64,000 nt of DNA from Chiloscyllium plagiosum (taxonomy: Eukaryota). The notes under the pieces were generated by a model. The model had not been told where the DNA came from and did no database searches. It saw only the letters and a list, made by a program, of their open reading frames with translations. The DNA lies in NCBI RefSeq assembly GCF_004010195.1, contig NC_057751.1, positions 9,245,611 through 9,309,610 of the forward strand. The letters run 5' to 3'. Shown here one piece after another: positions 13,335 through 25,930 of this stretch (position 1 is its first letter; each line of letters starts with the position of its first letter). Made by a program: the position numbers and the translations under genes.

Positions 13335-13870
13335 CACCTGAAGTACTTGCTCCAGTTTTGGTGTCTATGTCTCAGCAAAGATATTATCCCAGTCAGGGAA
13401 TACAACCAAGGTTCATGAGACTTGTCCCCAGGATGGCAGGAATGTCCTATGAAGAGAGATAAGGCAAACTGGGCTTGTATTCTTTTGTTTCCAAAATTGA
13501 GAGGTGATCTCATTGAAGTGTGCAAAATACATAAAGGGATAAACAATGTAGATGCAGGGAAAATGTCTTCCCTGATTGAGGAATCTAGAATCAGATACAC
13601 AAATTAAGAATAAGGGGGATTACAATTATGACCAAAGGTCAAAATAAAAAGCTGTTCCTCAAAGGGTTGTGAATCTTAAGAATTCACTACCCCAGACAGA
13701 TGTGGAAGCTTAGTCTTTGAGTCTATCTAATAGTAAAAGTTGATGAATTTTTGATCAAAGACTTAAAAGTTGTGGAGATAATGTGAGGAAAAGGCATTCA
13801 AGTAGTTGGTCAGCTGCAATGGTATTTAATGGCAGAGAAAGCTCAGTACACCAAATCGCCCACTGGTGAA
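13335..13870 (+). mobile_element. Old CR1 3' fragment
   Basis: RF.RLVP.MAGMSYEER and LRGDLIEV.KI.KG translations. Confidence 0.8.
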
Positions 13871-13894
13871 GCTATGTGAAATGCTGGTCAAGTG

Positions 13895-14400
13895 AGACAA
13901 AGATTGCCAGAGATATGTGCTGCCACAAAGAAACAGTGAGACGGGGGGTCGGGGGGAAAGAGGAGGACAGAGAGGGAGAGGAATGCAACACAAATACTGC
14001 CAGAGTGACCAAACACTATGAAACATAAATAAATACTGCCACAAATATTGTCAAAGGGAACTGAAACTGAAGAGGAAGAATAACTAAGTCACAAAAAAAG
14101 CATTGCTCGATAAAAAAACACACACAAGTAAAAGGAGACAAATATTGCCAGACGGGCACAAACATTTGGAGAGACGGATTACAATTGCCAGACAGAGGCA
14201 AACACTGCCAAATAGAAGCAATTGCTGTCAAACAGAACCAAATCATGCCAGTGAAAGACAAGGACTGCCAAATAGGCGATAAAAATCAGAGAAACATAAA
14301 CATAACTGCCCAGGATTAAATCATGCCGAAAAGAACACTATCAGAGGCGAAACGCTGCCAAAAAAACAGAATGGGAAAGAATGCCGGCACAAGTCCAGCA
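13895..14400. repeat. Degenerate tgccag-motif purine-rich tract
   Basis: Repeated actgcca/attgcca units, as at 6780-7380. Confidence 0.55.
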
Positions 14401-14419
14401 GTGAAGCAGTTAACACTTA

Positions 14420-15520
14420 AATTATGAACACATCCCTTGTTCTGCCTCTTCGGGGAAACGTACTGTTAGTTCCAAATCTTGTGGACATCATAAAAATCAC
14501 TAGAAGCATCTGTCAGCGCATGGGGCTGCTATTTTCATTGTCCAATAGCAAATTTACACAGTCACAAACACCTGGGCTGAATCCCTGCTTGACTAATTGT
14601 CGCGGGACAGTAGCCTGCATTTGTCTTTGCAAGGGTTTCCTAACCTCCTCCCCAAACATGTGGTTTCACTTTTCTCCTCTGGCTGCAGGAAATAACAGGA
14701 CAGTGAAGGCAGAAAAAATGATTTCTCTTCCAAAAGGTTGCCTCCTTCGAGGCCGTTCCAAAAATAACGTCCACGTGACGAGTCATTAATCATTCCAGGA
14801 AAACCAGCTCCAGCTAAGGGGTCTTCATCTTGCAGGGTTGCCTTTCGAAGCGCCTGAGGGAAAAACTTTCCAGGCAGAAGAAATAACACTGGCCGTGCCG
14901 CGCTGTCGCCAGGGCTCTTTTAATCGCCCAAGCTGAGGCAAGGGGGTCACGGAAGCACATTCGTGTTTCTCTTCAAAAACGATGATATCTGTGTAATTTG
15001 TGAACTGGGCTCTTTTAGTCCCGGCAAGTGCACGGACACCTGATTATGTTCAGGGCGGCTCAGGTGATCGTTCCAAAGAAGTGCAAATGCATCATAGTCC
15101 ATAATAATGGCCGTGTAAGATTGGAAATTAACCGCAGACTTCAAATGGAGTGTTTCGATTCGTGACCTTTCAGCGAAACGATGGTCTTCCTTTGCCTCAC
15201 TTCCACGCTCATTACTGAATTGGAAGGTTGCAGGTACTGCAACCCACTGAAAAGGTTTGAGCACCAGAACTGGATTAACACTCCCAGTTCAAGATTGAAA
15301 GAGTGCCTGCCTGCCGGGGTGTTTTTCAATGAAGTCAATCGTCATAGATATGGAGCCCGATGTTTATCCCTCCATCAGCAGCACCAAGTTTATCAAGTCA
15401 TTATCACAGCACTGGTTAGCAGGCACACTTCCTGCATGGTGACAGTAACAACATGTAAACATTATTCAATTGGCTGTCAAGCATCTTTAGACATTTTGAA
15501 GTCACAAAATACCTTATGTG
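14420..15520. promoter_or_regulatory. Candidate conserved non-coding element / enhancer
   Basis: Repeat-free, CpG-enriched relative to the flanks, clustered motifs (cacgtgac, tgacgagtca, attaatca near 14770-14792); no convincing protein. Confidence 0.45.
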
Positions 15521-16184
15521 AAATCAAAACTTTTCATTTTGCCAGGGGTGCAGCTCAATGGTCAGGTTATCAATTATCTCAAAACCTACTGGAAGGTTTT
15601 GAAGCAGTCATATTGGATGGAATTTCTTTTTCTCACCTTAAAGACATCTACCAACAGGTTCAAGAACAGCTTCTTCCCCGTTGTTATTAGACATCTGAAT
15701 GGACATCTCAAATTTCAAATCTAATGTTGATTGTGCTTTTATGCATGTCCTTTGCAAACGTGACTTTGTATTCCTTGCTCTCTTCAATTACCCCACAATC
15801 TTAGTATGTTGTAAACTACCTGCACTGCACAGAAATTAAAACTTTTCACTGTACTTAGGTTCATAGGGCAAAAACAAATCATTCAAACCTGCTGAATTTC
15901 TCCAGCACTTTCTCTTACTTCAGCTTTAACTGCCTGACCAGATTTTTTTCCCAGTCTATAACTTCAGATTTCCTTATGGTTTGTTAAAAATCAAAGGTGT
16001 CCAATTGGAATTGGAACTGAAACAAAAACATAACATCTTCAAGAACAGTGGGTTTTCTTTCAGTCTGTTTATGTATAAAAAAAAATTGTTAATTCCTGCC
16101 CCCACAAGTTGCATGCTCACTCAAGTAATAACATTTGACTTATCTTTGGTAGATACAGGACTTTTTATATATTGAATAAAACCA

Positions 16185-17040
16185 CAATAAATCGGAACAG
16201 GAGTAGGCTGTTTGGCCCCATGAACTTGTTCTACCATTTGATAGGGTAATGGCTAATTCGACATTCTTTGTGCCCACTTCCGTGCATTTCTGTGTGAAAC
16301 TTGATACCCCAACTGATTGAGAACATATGTATCTCAGCATTAAACATTTGCTTATCAAAAGCCCTATCTATCTCAGCTTAAATATACACAAGGACTCTGT
16401 CACCACAGGTCTGTGGCAAGGGGTTCCAAAGAATTTCAACCCTCTGAGAGGGAAATTTTCCTCATCTCAATCCTAAATTCTCACACCTTTATTCTGAGAC
16501 TCTGCCCTCGAATGCGAATCAATCTTCTCAGCATTTATCCTGTCATTCCCCTTAAGAATCCAAGATGTTTTAATTAGGTCATTCTTCCAAACTGCAGTGA
16601 ATAGAATCCCAACCTGTTTAGCCTTTGTTCATAATCCATTCTTATCTGGGATCATGCTCGTTAATCCTTCTGAACTGCCTCCAATGAAATAACCTCTTTC
16701 CTTAAATAAAGGGACCAAAACTGCCCAAAATATTCCAGATGTGGTCTGACCAACACCTTGGACAGTTGGGGCAGTAAGACTTCCTTCACTCTTATACTCC
16801 ATTCTCCTTGAAATAAGGATGAACATTTCATTAGCCTTCTTCATGAAGTGCTGCTGTGTGCTCCCATTCTATGTTTCATGGACAAGTTCTCTCAAGTCCC
16901 TTTGTTCTCTGTTCTCCTTTCTGAATTTCACATTTTCTCATCTTTTCCTCCAGTTGCCAACTTTTGTCCACTTATTTAACCTTTCCATACCTATCTCTCT
17001 AAACTATGTCCCTCTCACAACCTGCCTTTCCAACTATTTT
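16185..17040 (-). mobile_element. CR1 3' fragments
   Basis: Minus ORF KKAN.M...ISRRMEYKS; typical 3' UTR at 16185-16270. Confidence 0.8.
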
Positions 17041-17376
17041 TACACTTTCCCAGGATGGGCTATTTGGATAGAGATCAAGAACAAAGAGATAATTTTTTTT
17101 CTATTCCTAATGCAGGGATGCTGAGGCCATTTCAAGCATCCTGCTGCAGCTCCAGCTTAGTGACTAACTCAGTTCAAATTGTGATTGAGCCAATAACCTT
17201 TCTGTTCTCCTCAGTTCAATCTCACAAACAGCAATGTCTTCCCCCACAAGTTCAACCACTCGGAGTTTCCAGGAGACATGATTGGCAATCTGAACTCTTC
17301 CAAGCATTGTAGTAATGGTGATGGAGTTTGTCTTTATAATGCAATACAGTGACCAATTCAAAATCTCAAAAATTAC

Positions 17377-17577
17377 CTGTGTTTACTTCCAACACAATAA
17401 TCACTACATTTCGTAAATGCGTCATAATCTGTGAATTCATCTGGGACACTAAACCTATGAAGTACACAATGTAAGTGCAAGTTCTCTATTTCTTGCATTT
17501 GTAGAAGCAGACCATAAAATAATACTTTAGTTTGGACATGAATATGAGATGATGAATGATAGAAATCAACACAATTT
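17377..17577 (-). CDS. Putative internal coding exon of an unidentified host gene
   Basis: tttttag acceptor and cag|gtaatt donor; 201 nt, symmetric phase 2; only one frame open: NCVDFYHSSSHIHVQTKVLFYGLLLQMQEIENLHLHCVLHRFSVPDEFTDYDAFTKCSDYCVGSKH. Confidence 0.55.
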
Positions 17578-17719
17578 CTAAAAAGGTAATTCTTTAATGT
17601 AAATAAATAAACATTTACACATAAATATAACACATTAACAGTCACTGGTGATGTGTAGGCCCCTCACTCATGTCTGCAATTGATTTACTGATGAGTAAAG
17701 AGGTTTATGCTGTCAGGAG

Positions 17720-19760
17720 ATTTCAGGAATGTGGTAGGAAACAGTATAATTCGGGGGTTTAAACAGTTCTTTGCAGTCATGAGCAGGAGTCCCAAAGGAT
17801 GTCGCCTGCCAGTTCAGAGTTAAGGACATCTTTAGGGAGTGGAGACGAGGAATGGGAGGAGAGTCAGCCAGCTATCATAATCTACACATGGGACAAACAA
17901 CATAGACGCAATGAGAAAGAGGTTCTGCTGAAAGAATTTGAATAGTTAGGGCAAATCTAAAAAGTAGAACCTCCAAAGTAATAATCTTGGAATTACTGCC
18001 ATAGGGTGAATAAAATGGAGTTTTAGAGACGGCTTTCAACTAATTAGGGGCTTGGGGAGGAGAAGATTTCAGAGAAGGAAAATAAAGGCTTACAAAACAA
18101 ATGGATATGCCAACATTACAGGGCACCTGTTTGGATAAGGATATCCAGCGTGGAATAGAAAAAGACAAACAGTACAAACATAGATAAACAACACCAAATA
18201 GGATCAAAGGGGGAGAAAAATGGCAAAAGGGTAAAATTAATGCCTTTTTACGAAATTCATGTTATATTTGAAACTAAATAGATGAAGTAATGGCACAAAT
18301 AGAGATTAATGGTTACAATGATAGTGGCATGGTGGTTAGCATCAGGGACCCAGTTTGAGTCCACCCTTGGGTGACTGTCTGTGTGCAGTTTGCACATTCT
18401 GCGTAGGTGCTGTGGTCAGTGGTCCTCCAGTTTCCTCCCACAGTCCAAAGAAATGCAGTTTCCATGACTAGTCATGCTATATTGCCCGTAGTATCCAGGG
18501 ATGTATAGGTTAGGTCAATGAGCCATGAAAAATGCAGGGTAACAGGGTTAGGGTAGGGGTTGGGTCTGGGTGAGATGCTCTTTGGAGGGTTGATGTGGAC
18601 TTGATGAGCTGAATGACCTCCTTCTACACTGTGGGGTTTCTATGATTCTGCAGGAGATCAACACTGGGAACTTAATCATGAGAACTTATGTGACTTCAAA
18701 AGAACAGGCAAGAACGGAAGGGTAGTGAGGTAGCTTTGTTAGCACAAGGTGGAATAAGGAAGAAATTATCTTGAACTGGAAGATGTAAAATCCGTATGGG
18801 TGGAGGTAAGAAATAATAGGATCAAGAAGACACCTGTAGGCTCTATAATTATATGAAGAAGGGAGAACATGAATAAGGGCAATTTTAATTCTCATGTTGA
18901 TTGCAAAAATCAAATTGCAAGAGGTAGCCAGGAGGAAACATTCATTGAATATATTCAGGACATTTTCAAAGAACGATATGTTGTCGATGCAACTAGAAAT
19001 CACCTTAGTTTGGAACTGGTTACTTGTAACGAGATAGTGTTAATTAGTAATGTCCAAGTAAAAGATCCCCTTGGAAATATTGGAAATAGCAGGATTTGCA
19101 TTCAGTTTGACAGTGAGAAACCTGGGTCAGAAACCACTGCGCTAAACTTCAATAAAGGTAATTAGAAAGTAAAGAGGCAGAAGTGACTGGAGAGGACTGG
19201 GAATGGAGTTGAGCAGGAAACATGGTGAAGGAATAATGGCAAACATGTAAGAAAATAGTTCACAACTTTGAGCAAAGATAAAGCCCAGTAAGGGAGAAGG
19301 ATGTTGAGAAATGGACAAAATAGCCATGGCTCAACTCCAATTAACCAGGTAAGTTAAGGACAGGATCAAATTGAAAGAAAAAAAAACCTACAATGTGGCA
19401 AAGATTTTCCTGGGAAGCGTGAAAGATTTTAAAAACCAATAAAAGATGATCAAAAACTAATAGAGGGGAAACAAATACAAACAGCATCAAAAAGGAAGAA
19501 CTTCTTTATATATATAAATAGGAAGAGAGGGGAATAAAGTAAACATTGGTATAATCGAGAATGTGGCTGAGGGAACAGTACTGTAGTAACGGTAAGTACA
19601 GTAAGTAGCAGTCAACTTGAATAAATACTTTGCATCAGTCTTTACAGGAGAAATCAAAAATAGCATTACTAATGTACCACAAATTGTCAAGTGTCAAAAG
19701 AGGCAAAGGCAATAATAAAATACTAGTACTGAAAAAGTATGAGGTAAACGAATGAGGAGC
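17720..19760 (+). mobile_element. Old CR1 LINE (ORF1 esterase-like and endonuclease remnants)
   Basis: ORF 18869-19165 G.FN.H.D..NQI..GSQEETFIE.IQD.F...YV...TR....L.LV.CNE; LNKYFASVFT near 19620. Confidence 0.75.
18322..18650 (+). mobile_element. HE1-like V-SINE, decayed
   Basis: tggttagca head, gtgcagtttgcacattct V-domain, tttcctcccacagtccaaaga, CR1-like tail. Confidence 0.8.
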
Positions 19761-19858
19761 AAATGACCAGAAAACAATTGAGCAGATGTTGGCTATTCAG
19801 CCCATCAGTCTACTCGACCAATCAGTGAGATCGGTCTGATCTGATCATCCTCAACTCC

Positions 19859-20346
19859 TGCACTTCAGTCCCACGCTCCTGATCTTTGGGCACCCGGTAG
19901 TGTCTCACACCTGCACACACACCATGGGTGCTGGGGAAAAAAAAACAGGTGTGCTTGCCCTTTGATGTGAAGGGCAGTGTTTGTCACTGGCCACCCGGGT
20001 GTTTTCCTATCTTCCTGGTGGTGGAATTTGAATAAAGATTGGTGCACTTTGTGTCTTTCACTGTGTCTCACACCTGCACACACACACCATGGGTGCTGGG
20101 GATAAAATAAGCACTACCGCACTTAGGTGGTAGTGTGGGGGTTTAAAATAAAAAAAATAAACCGCAAGGAGAAGACCTCCTCGTGGGTCTGCTCCTGGGC
20201 CTGGCCAAACTGGCCATTAACAGGTCCAGGCACCGGCCCTTGGAAGGGAGGGACTCTCCTGCAGCGCGCCGGTGGGAGTGAGTGACTGACTGTGTGCTGG
20301 GACTCTCCTCTGCTATTGCCTGACACAGGAAGGGAGAAAAAAAAAA
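19859..20346 (+). mobile_element. Rearranged Tx1/L1-clade 3' fragment with poly(A) tail and TSD
   Basis: 15-bp TSD atcatcctcaactcc (19844-19858, 20347-20361); HFSPTLLIFGHPV and EDLLVGLLLGLAKLAINRSR resemble a Tx1 ORF2 C-terminus; internal direct repeat. Confidence 0.7.
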
Positions 20347-21087
20347 ATCATCCTCAACTCCACTTTTTTTGCCTTTTCCCCATAGCCCTTGTTTCCTCTA
20401 TTCATGAAAATCTATCTCAGCCTATACCCAATATGGTTGAATGTCATCAGTGATCCAGCCTCTACAATACTCTACAGTAAAGAATTCCATAGATTTGCTA
20501 CCTGCTGAGAGAAGAAATTTCTCCTAAAGGCCAAAAGGTCTTGTGCACCGAGAATTTCGCATGCTACGATATTGAAAGAAAGTCACCTGTGACCAGCAAT
20601 GTAAGACAGGAATTGGGGAAAATACAAAAAAAAAATTTGGAAACATTGTGGGACAGTGAGGCACAGAAACGGTTCGGTCAGAGATAACAGGGACAACACA
20701 CTAAGCTAGGGAAAGAGGAAAATGCAAGGATGAATTAAAACCAGACAGGCAAACATACAACAGTATCAAGGAGGTCAAAGAAACATACTGTTGTCAGGCC
20801 CAACTCAATTACATTTTTTTGCTGGCTGGCAAAATTCCCAGAACTGATGCTGATACATTTCCAGGGTTTTGGATCATAATCAGACATTTCCTGTACAATC
20901 CACAGTTGTTTGCCTTTACTTCCTGGACACATTTTCTTTGTTTCTTCCTCTGTGCCCACAAGAGTGGAAAAAGTACCCAGCAAACTATAGAAAGGTTACA
21001 TTTTTCAATTAATTTGCTGAAGTGTAGAAGATAGTTGGTTGTTGCTGTTTACTGAGCTAGTCTGGCCCGGTGAGCATGCATCCCACT

Positions 21088-21300
21088 TTGTGTGTATATG
21101 GAATAAGCTGCCAGAAGAGGTGGTGGAGGTCGGTACAATCACAACATTCAAAAGGCATCTGGATGGGTATATGATTAGGAAGGGTTTAAAGGGATACAGG
21201 CCAAATGCTGGCAAATGGGACTAGATTAATTTAGGATATCTGGTCAGCATGGACAAGTTAGACTGATGATCTGTTTCTGGGTTATAATTTCTATGACTCT
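21088..21300 (+). mobile_element. CR1 3' end
   Basis: WNKLPEEVVEVGTITTFKRHLDGY. Confidence 0.85.
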
Positions 21301-21829
21301 AGGGTTTTTCATGGTCAACGAGGTGTCTGAATTAACAAGGATACCCTGCGCTACATGTAAGATTTGCACATCAAGAGGATGCAGAATTTCTGCTTTCCCC
21401 TTGCAGGTCTTTGGAAATAATCACAAATATTAGGTTATTAATAGCCAGACAGGTTACCTGAGCACATTGCTTTCATAAATTCCACCTTAAGCCTTTACTT
21501 GGAGCAGGATTGGGAATTCATCAGACTTATTTCATGTTGAATTCATGGAGCTGACAAAGAATACTATCAGGTTGGACTCTGAAATAATCCTGCTGTGTTA
21601 AGGGGGAATCTAGATGTTTACATGAGGGAGAAAGGAACTGATGAAAATGTGAGTAAACTTAGATAAAGCAAAAGGAGGAGCATAAACGCCAACATGGACC
21701 TGGTGGGCTATATGACTTGTTTCTGCATTACAAGTACTGTGGAATTTTGCAATCTGTTTTCATCTTGTGTTCCTAATGGAAAACGGGAAGCCCTGATTGT
21801 GAGTATCTCTGATGCTCAATTTATTAAAA

Positions 21830-22431
21830 GTATGACAACACTATGGCTATACTTTGTCCTTTGTTTTAGCGAAGAAAGATTGAAACAGAAGTACTGAGCA
21901 GTCTGCTCAAAGCCAACAAAGTTAACAGTTTGTGGGGCCTTGGATTGCTTTTAAGTTGGAACAATAGAAGTAACCAGAATGGGTGGGGTCAATTTCCCAC
22001 AGAATCAGGATGTTTAGTTTGAGCTTTCTGCAGTTGTTGGAGTCTTGAAACTGGATGTGGAAGCTCTTTTTGCTCTCTCTCTCTTACAGTTAAAGCTGGA
22101 GTTCTCTTCCTGCTGCGACAATTACATGTGAGACTTTCAATTTTACTGAATTTGCCTTTGCCAAGAGTGTGTTTTATGGGATGATACTCTGTTAGAACAG
22201 TTAATTTATTGTAGTTCATACATATTATTTCATTAAGCATTTCAATAGAGACATATTGAAGCCAATTATTTTTATTTTAACTATAGTGTGTTTTGCTTAA
22301 AGTCAAATAGTTTGACCAATCAAATTGCATCTGGAAGGCAACATCTTACACTTGCCTTTGAAATAAGAAAAAGTTCAGGTCTAGGCTGTCTTCTTCATAT
22401 ATTTTGAGAGGGTTTGGTCTGGTCCACAACA
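21830..22431 (+). mobile_element. Probable solo LTR
   Basis: LTR-like composition ending in ggtctggtccacaaca; no clear TSD. Confidence 0.4.
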
Positions 22432-22619
22432 CTGTCACTCTTCATTCTTCAATGAACTAAGTGCTGTGACCATCATAAAATATAAATTAGCTTTCAAATG
22501 TGTACAAAACATTGTCTGCTTTAACATTGGACTTGAGGTTGAAACATCATTTGACTTTAAAGTTGAAAGATTTGCATTAAACCTTCCATTGCCTCAGAGA
22601 GTTAACTTTACAATTACAT

Positions 22620-22955
22620 TGCCAGATCAACCAGTTTCAGGTCAATGCTGAGTTAACTGATTTTACCTGAGGCAACAATATAAGCTTGAGAAGTGGCCTC
22701 TGTACCTTTCGGCTGCAGACAAAACTGAACAGAGATTTCTGTCGTTGATTGCTAACCAGTGACCTGCACTGGAAAGTTCTGCAGACAGACTTTGGGTGGG
22801 ACAGGATTGGACTCAGCTGTGCTGCTCCCATGTGCACTCTTTTCCTCAAAAATATAGAATAACCATTTGGGTTGAGAAGAAGGCAAGAACAGCTGCCGGC
22901 ACCTCTCATAAGGAAGGAGCACCTTCTCTCGAGAGGAAGAAAGGAAATTGACCCC
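22620..22955 (+). mobile_element. Deu-domain SINE, near full length
   Basis: gctgagttaactga...ttgctaaccagtgacctgcactggaaag...ggacaggattggactcagctgtg...gctgccggcacc...gagagg follows the recalled AmnSINE1/SacSINE1 body. Confidence 0.7.
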
Positions 22956-23981
22956 AAAAAAACCTTAATAAATCTTTAATGAAGTTGCTTTCAAAACAGT
23001 TGGTAAGAGGCAAGAGGCCACTTCCTTTGGAGTTGGCTTCACAAAGGCAAAATCCAAATTTATGAACATTTATCATTAATGTACATTATAAGAGAAATTG
23101 TATGGCAGTACTGGCCTCTGAAATGATACAGCACCAAATAAAATTTGTTTGCTGATCCAAAATGTTCCATATTTCCTTTGCATGCTATTGCTTCTTTGAC
23201 CACATGGTGGAGCTACCGAACCAAGTCTTTCTCAGTGCAATCCTCAATTTCCATCTCTGCCATGCGGAGTAAGGCACAAACCAAAGCACCAAGAATTGAC
23301 TCAATTTTCTTCAATGGATGGAGTAGGTGAACTGCTGTCCAAGTGTTTATAAGTTGACTGGTTGGGAAATTGGGAGCACTGTAAATAGGCCAGCCAACAT
23401 TTGTCAAAAAGCAGACAACTGCGGAAGCTGAAACCCGAAATAAAAACAAAATGCTGAAAACGTCTTTCATCAAATTGAAATGTTAACTCTCTCTCTTTCT
23501 TTCTCTCTCTCTCCACAGATGCTGCCAGACCTGCTCAGCATTTCCAGCACTTTTTGTTATTATGCCGACATCTGTTTCAGATTTTCCAATCTGTGTTCCA
23601 TTTTTTAAAGTGACCTTCGCTGATATAGAATCTCTCAATTTTGAGGCTCCCCATACCCTTCCAACTTGTCCCAGGCATAGCACTCGTCAACAAAAGCCAC
23701 AGGACAGTGAAAAGTAACCAATACCAGGATCAGTCATTACCACATTCTTTCCACTGTCAAGAAAACCTGATTCACATCATGAGTGTAGACCTCTTCAAAA
23801 GATAATTCACTGGAAGCACATTGTTAAGGATGCAGAGAACAAATGTAGAAAACACTGCCTCTTTCAGTAATTTAAAGGGGCTGCTTTGAAATTTCTGGTT
23901 ACACTTCAAACTGTGTTCCTGATCCATGGGCACCACCTGCAAATGGAAATGGACAGATTGGAGCACCACTTTGTGGGTCTG

Positions 23982-24278
23982 TTAGATTAGATTACCTGCA
24001 GTCTGGAAATAGGCCATTTGGCCCAACAAGTCCAAACCGACCCTCCAAAGAGTAACCCACCCAGACCCAATTCCCTCTGACTAATGCACCTAACATTATG
24101 GGCAATTTAGCGTGGCCAATCCACCTGACCTGCACATCTTTGGATTGTGGGAGGAAACCAGAGCACCCAGAGGAAACCTACACAGACACCGGGAGAACAT
24201 GCAAACTCAACACAGATAGTCGCCCATGGCTAGAATCAAACCCAGATCCCTGGCACTGCTGAGCCACTGTGCCACCCT
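23982..24278 (-). mobile_element. HE1 V-SINE
   Basis: Reverse complement of the 48154-48453 element, with (atcta)n tail. Confidence 0.88.
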
Positions 24279-25930
24279 GGGTCTGCTCTAGTCATGACCA
24301 AGGTTGCCATTATGAGGAGCTTTTAATTAAATTTTGATCAATTTCCTTTGTCAGTTTTCACTGATGTTTTGATTTTGTTACAGTGTTACCAGGGAATGTC
24401 AAAAACATGATTTTGTATTGCTTATTTTCAAAAGGGCAGAAGCATTTCCATTCCTTCAGCCCCTGAAAGGGAATGCACTCTCTGAATATTGTGGACCAGA
24501 TTTGCTGTCACATTAATTACACAACATGTGAACACTATTACTGATGTGTAACCAGTTCAACCAACCAAGGATATTGCATGAATTGATAAGAACCAAGGTT
24601 GTTCATGAGTTGTGCCATCTTGGTATTAACTTCATGAAAAATGCAACTTGTCCTCAACTTCAGTTTTAAGGAATGGTTGCAATTGAGCCATAATTCTGGT
24701 TTAAATTTTGTTACACAAAATTAGTTCTGGGAATTAACTGTGTTAATATATTTCTGAATTACAAGATGAGTGCAATGCCAGTAAAGCCCCATGGCCCCAG
24801 ACTAGAATTAAAATCTTGAAGTTTAATGCACACAATCAAAGCAAGAAAATTGTCAGAGAACTTTAAAATGTTATTTCTTTCATGTATTTTTATCTGTCTC
24901 TGTTTTGAATCTAATTCACCCAATTTCCTTTTCTATCATTTAAGTTTCTTTCCCATGAGTTCAAGAGTGATAATTTGGTTGTATAGTTCACTGAGATCCA
25001 GGCGCCACATTGCCCTTGTTGCAACGTTATCAGCTCACACTTCCAGCAATTTGCAGGGCAAAACGTTTCCAGGTATAAGCTACGAAATGTCCTGCTCCAG
25101 AAAAATGTATAACAATATTTATGGTGTTGCTAAAATTTGCATTCAGTTCATGTGCTCTTTTGAAACAAAAACAAGTGTGAACCATCTTATGAAAATAATA
25201 AATGCGCTGTGTCCATGCATTCAAAAAGTGCAGTGCATGCATACAAGAAGCATGTGTCAGACATTGCATGTCAATGTATGTGTGTCAAGCATTTATACAG
25301 AGCTTATTCACCTGTCAGACACATATAGACATTTTCAAATGCTTTGAAAAATATTTGACCTTGCATTTAAAAAGATGAGCGGGGCTTCAAGGACAGATTG
25401 CAAGTCTGTCAGTTTATTCAAGAACTTGTTCCCATGGATTAAATTATGATGGTTGACAGTGAAGAACTCACACTTCAAGCAGATTATACAGAAAGGAGAA
25501 AGTTGACGATATCTCTGCATTGGTAAAAACAATGACTGCAGATGCATTGCCATGTGATATAAATGAGTTCTGAGTCCATGAAAGAAATTGGCTTCATGAA
25601 CAGTCACACTATGCCAATTGGAAAAGTCGTAAGTGGAAGGGGAATAGTTCACTCAGCTGATTAGGTGGTCAGCATGTCAATCAGATTAATGCCAACAGCT
25701 GTTCTAGCTGAGGTAGACTTGGGGCCCCTGCCTCATCATCCGTCCACAGTAAAAATATCACAGCATTCAGTGTGGTTCAGCAAATAATTCTTAAGTACCA
25801 GCTTCCAAACAGAAAATTCAAAAAGTGAGTTAAATTATGGTAAGTGTTTGCGGTGTTAAATGTTGCAAAGTTGACTTTTCCAAAAATTCTGAAACCTGAA
25901 TAAGCCAATTTACAAATTGAAATTTTATGT

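Noticed and set aside
15181..15690. 169-aa + strand ORF
   Set aside because: No recognisable domain or splice structure, and it runs into a LINE 3' fragment near 15640.
22637..22957. 106-aa minus-strand ORF with apparent splice sites
   Set aside because: It is the antisense of a Deu-domain SINE.
24826..25347. 173-aa + strand ORF
   Set aside because: Composition is not protein-like and there is no homology or exon signal.
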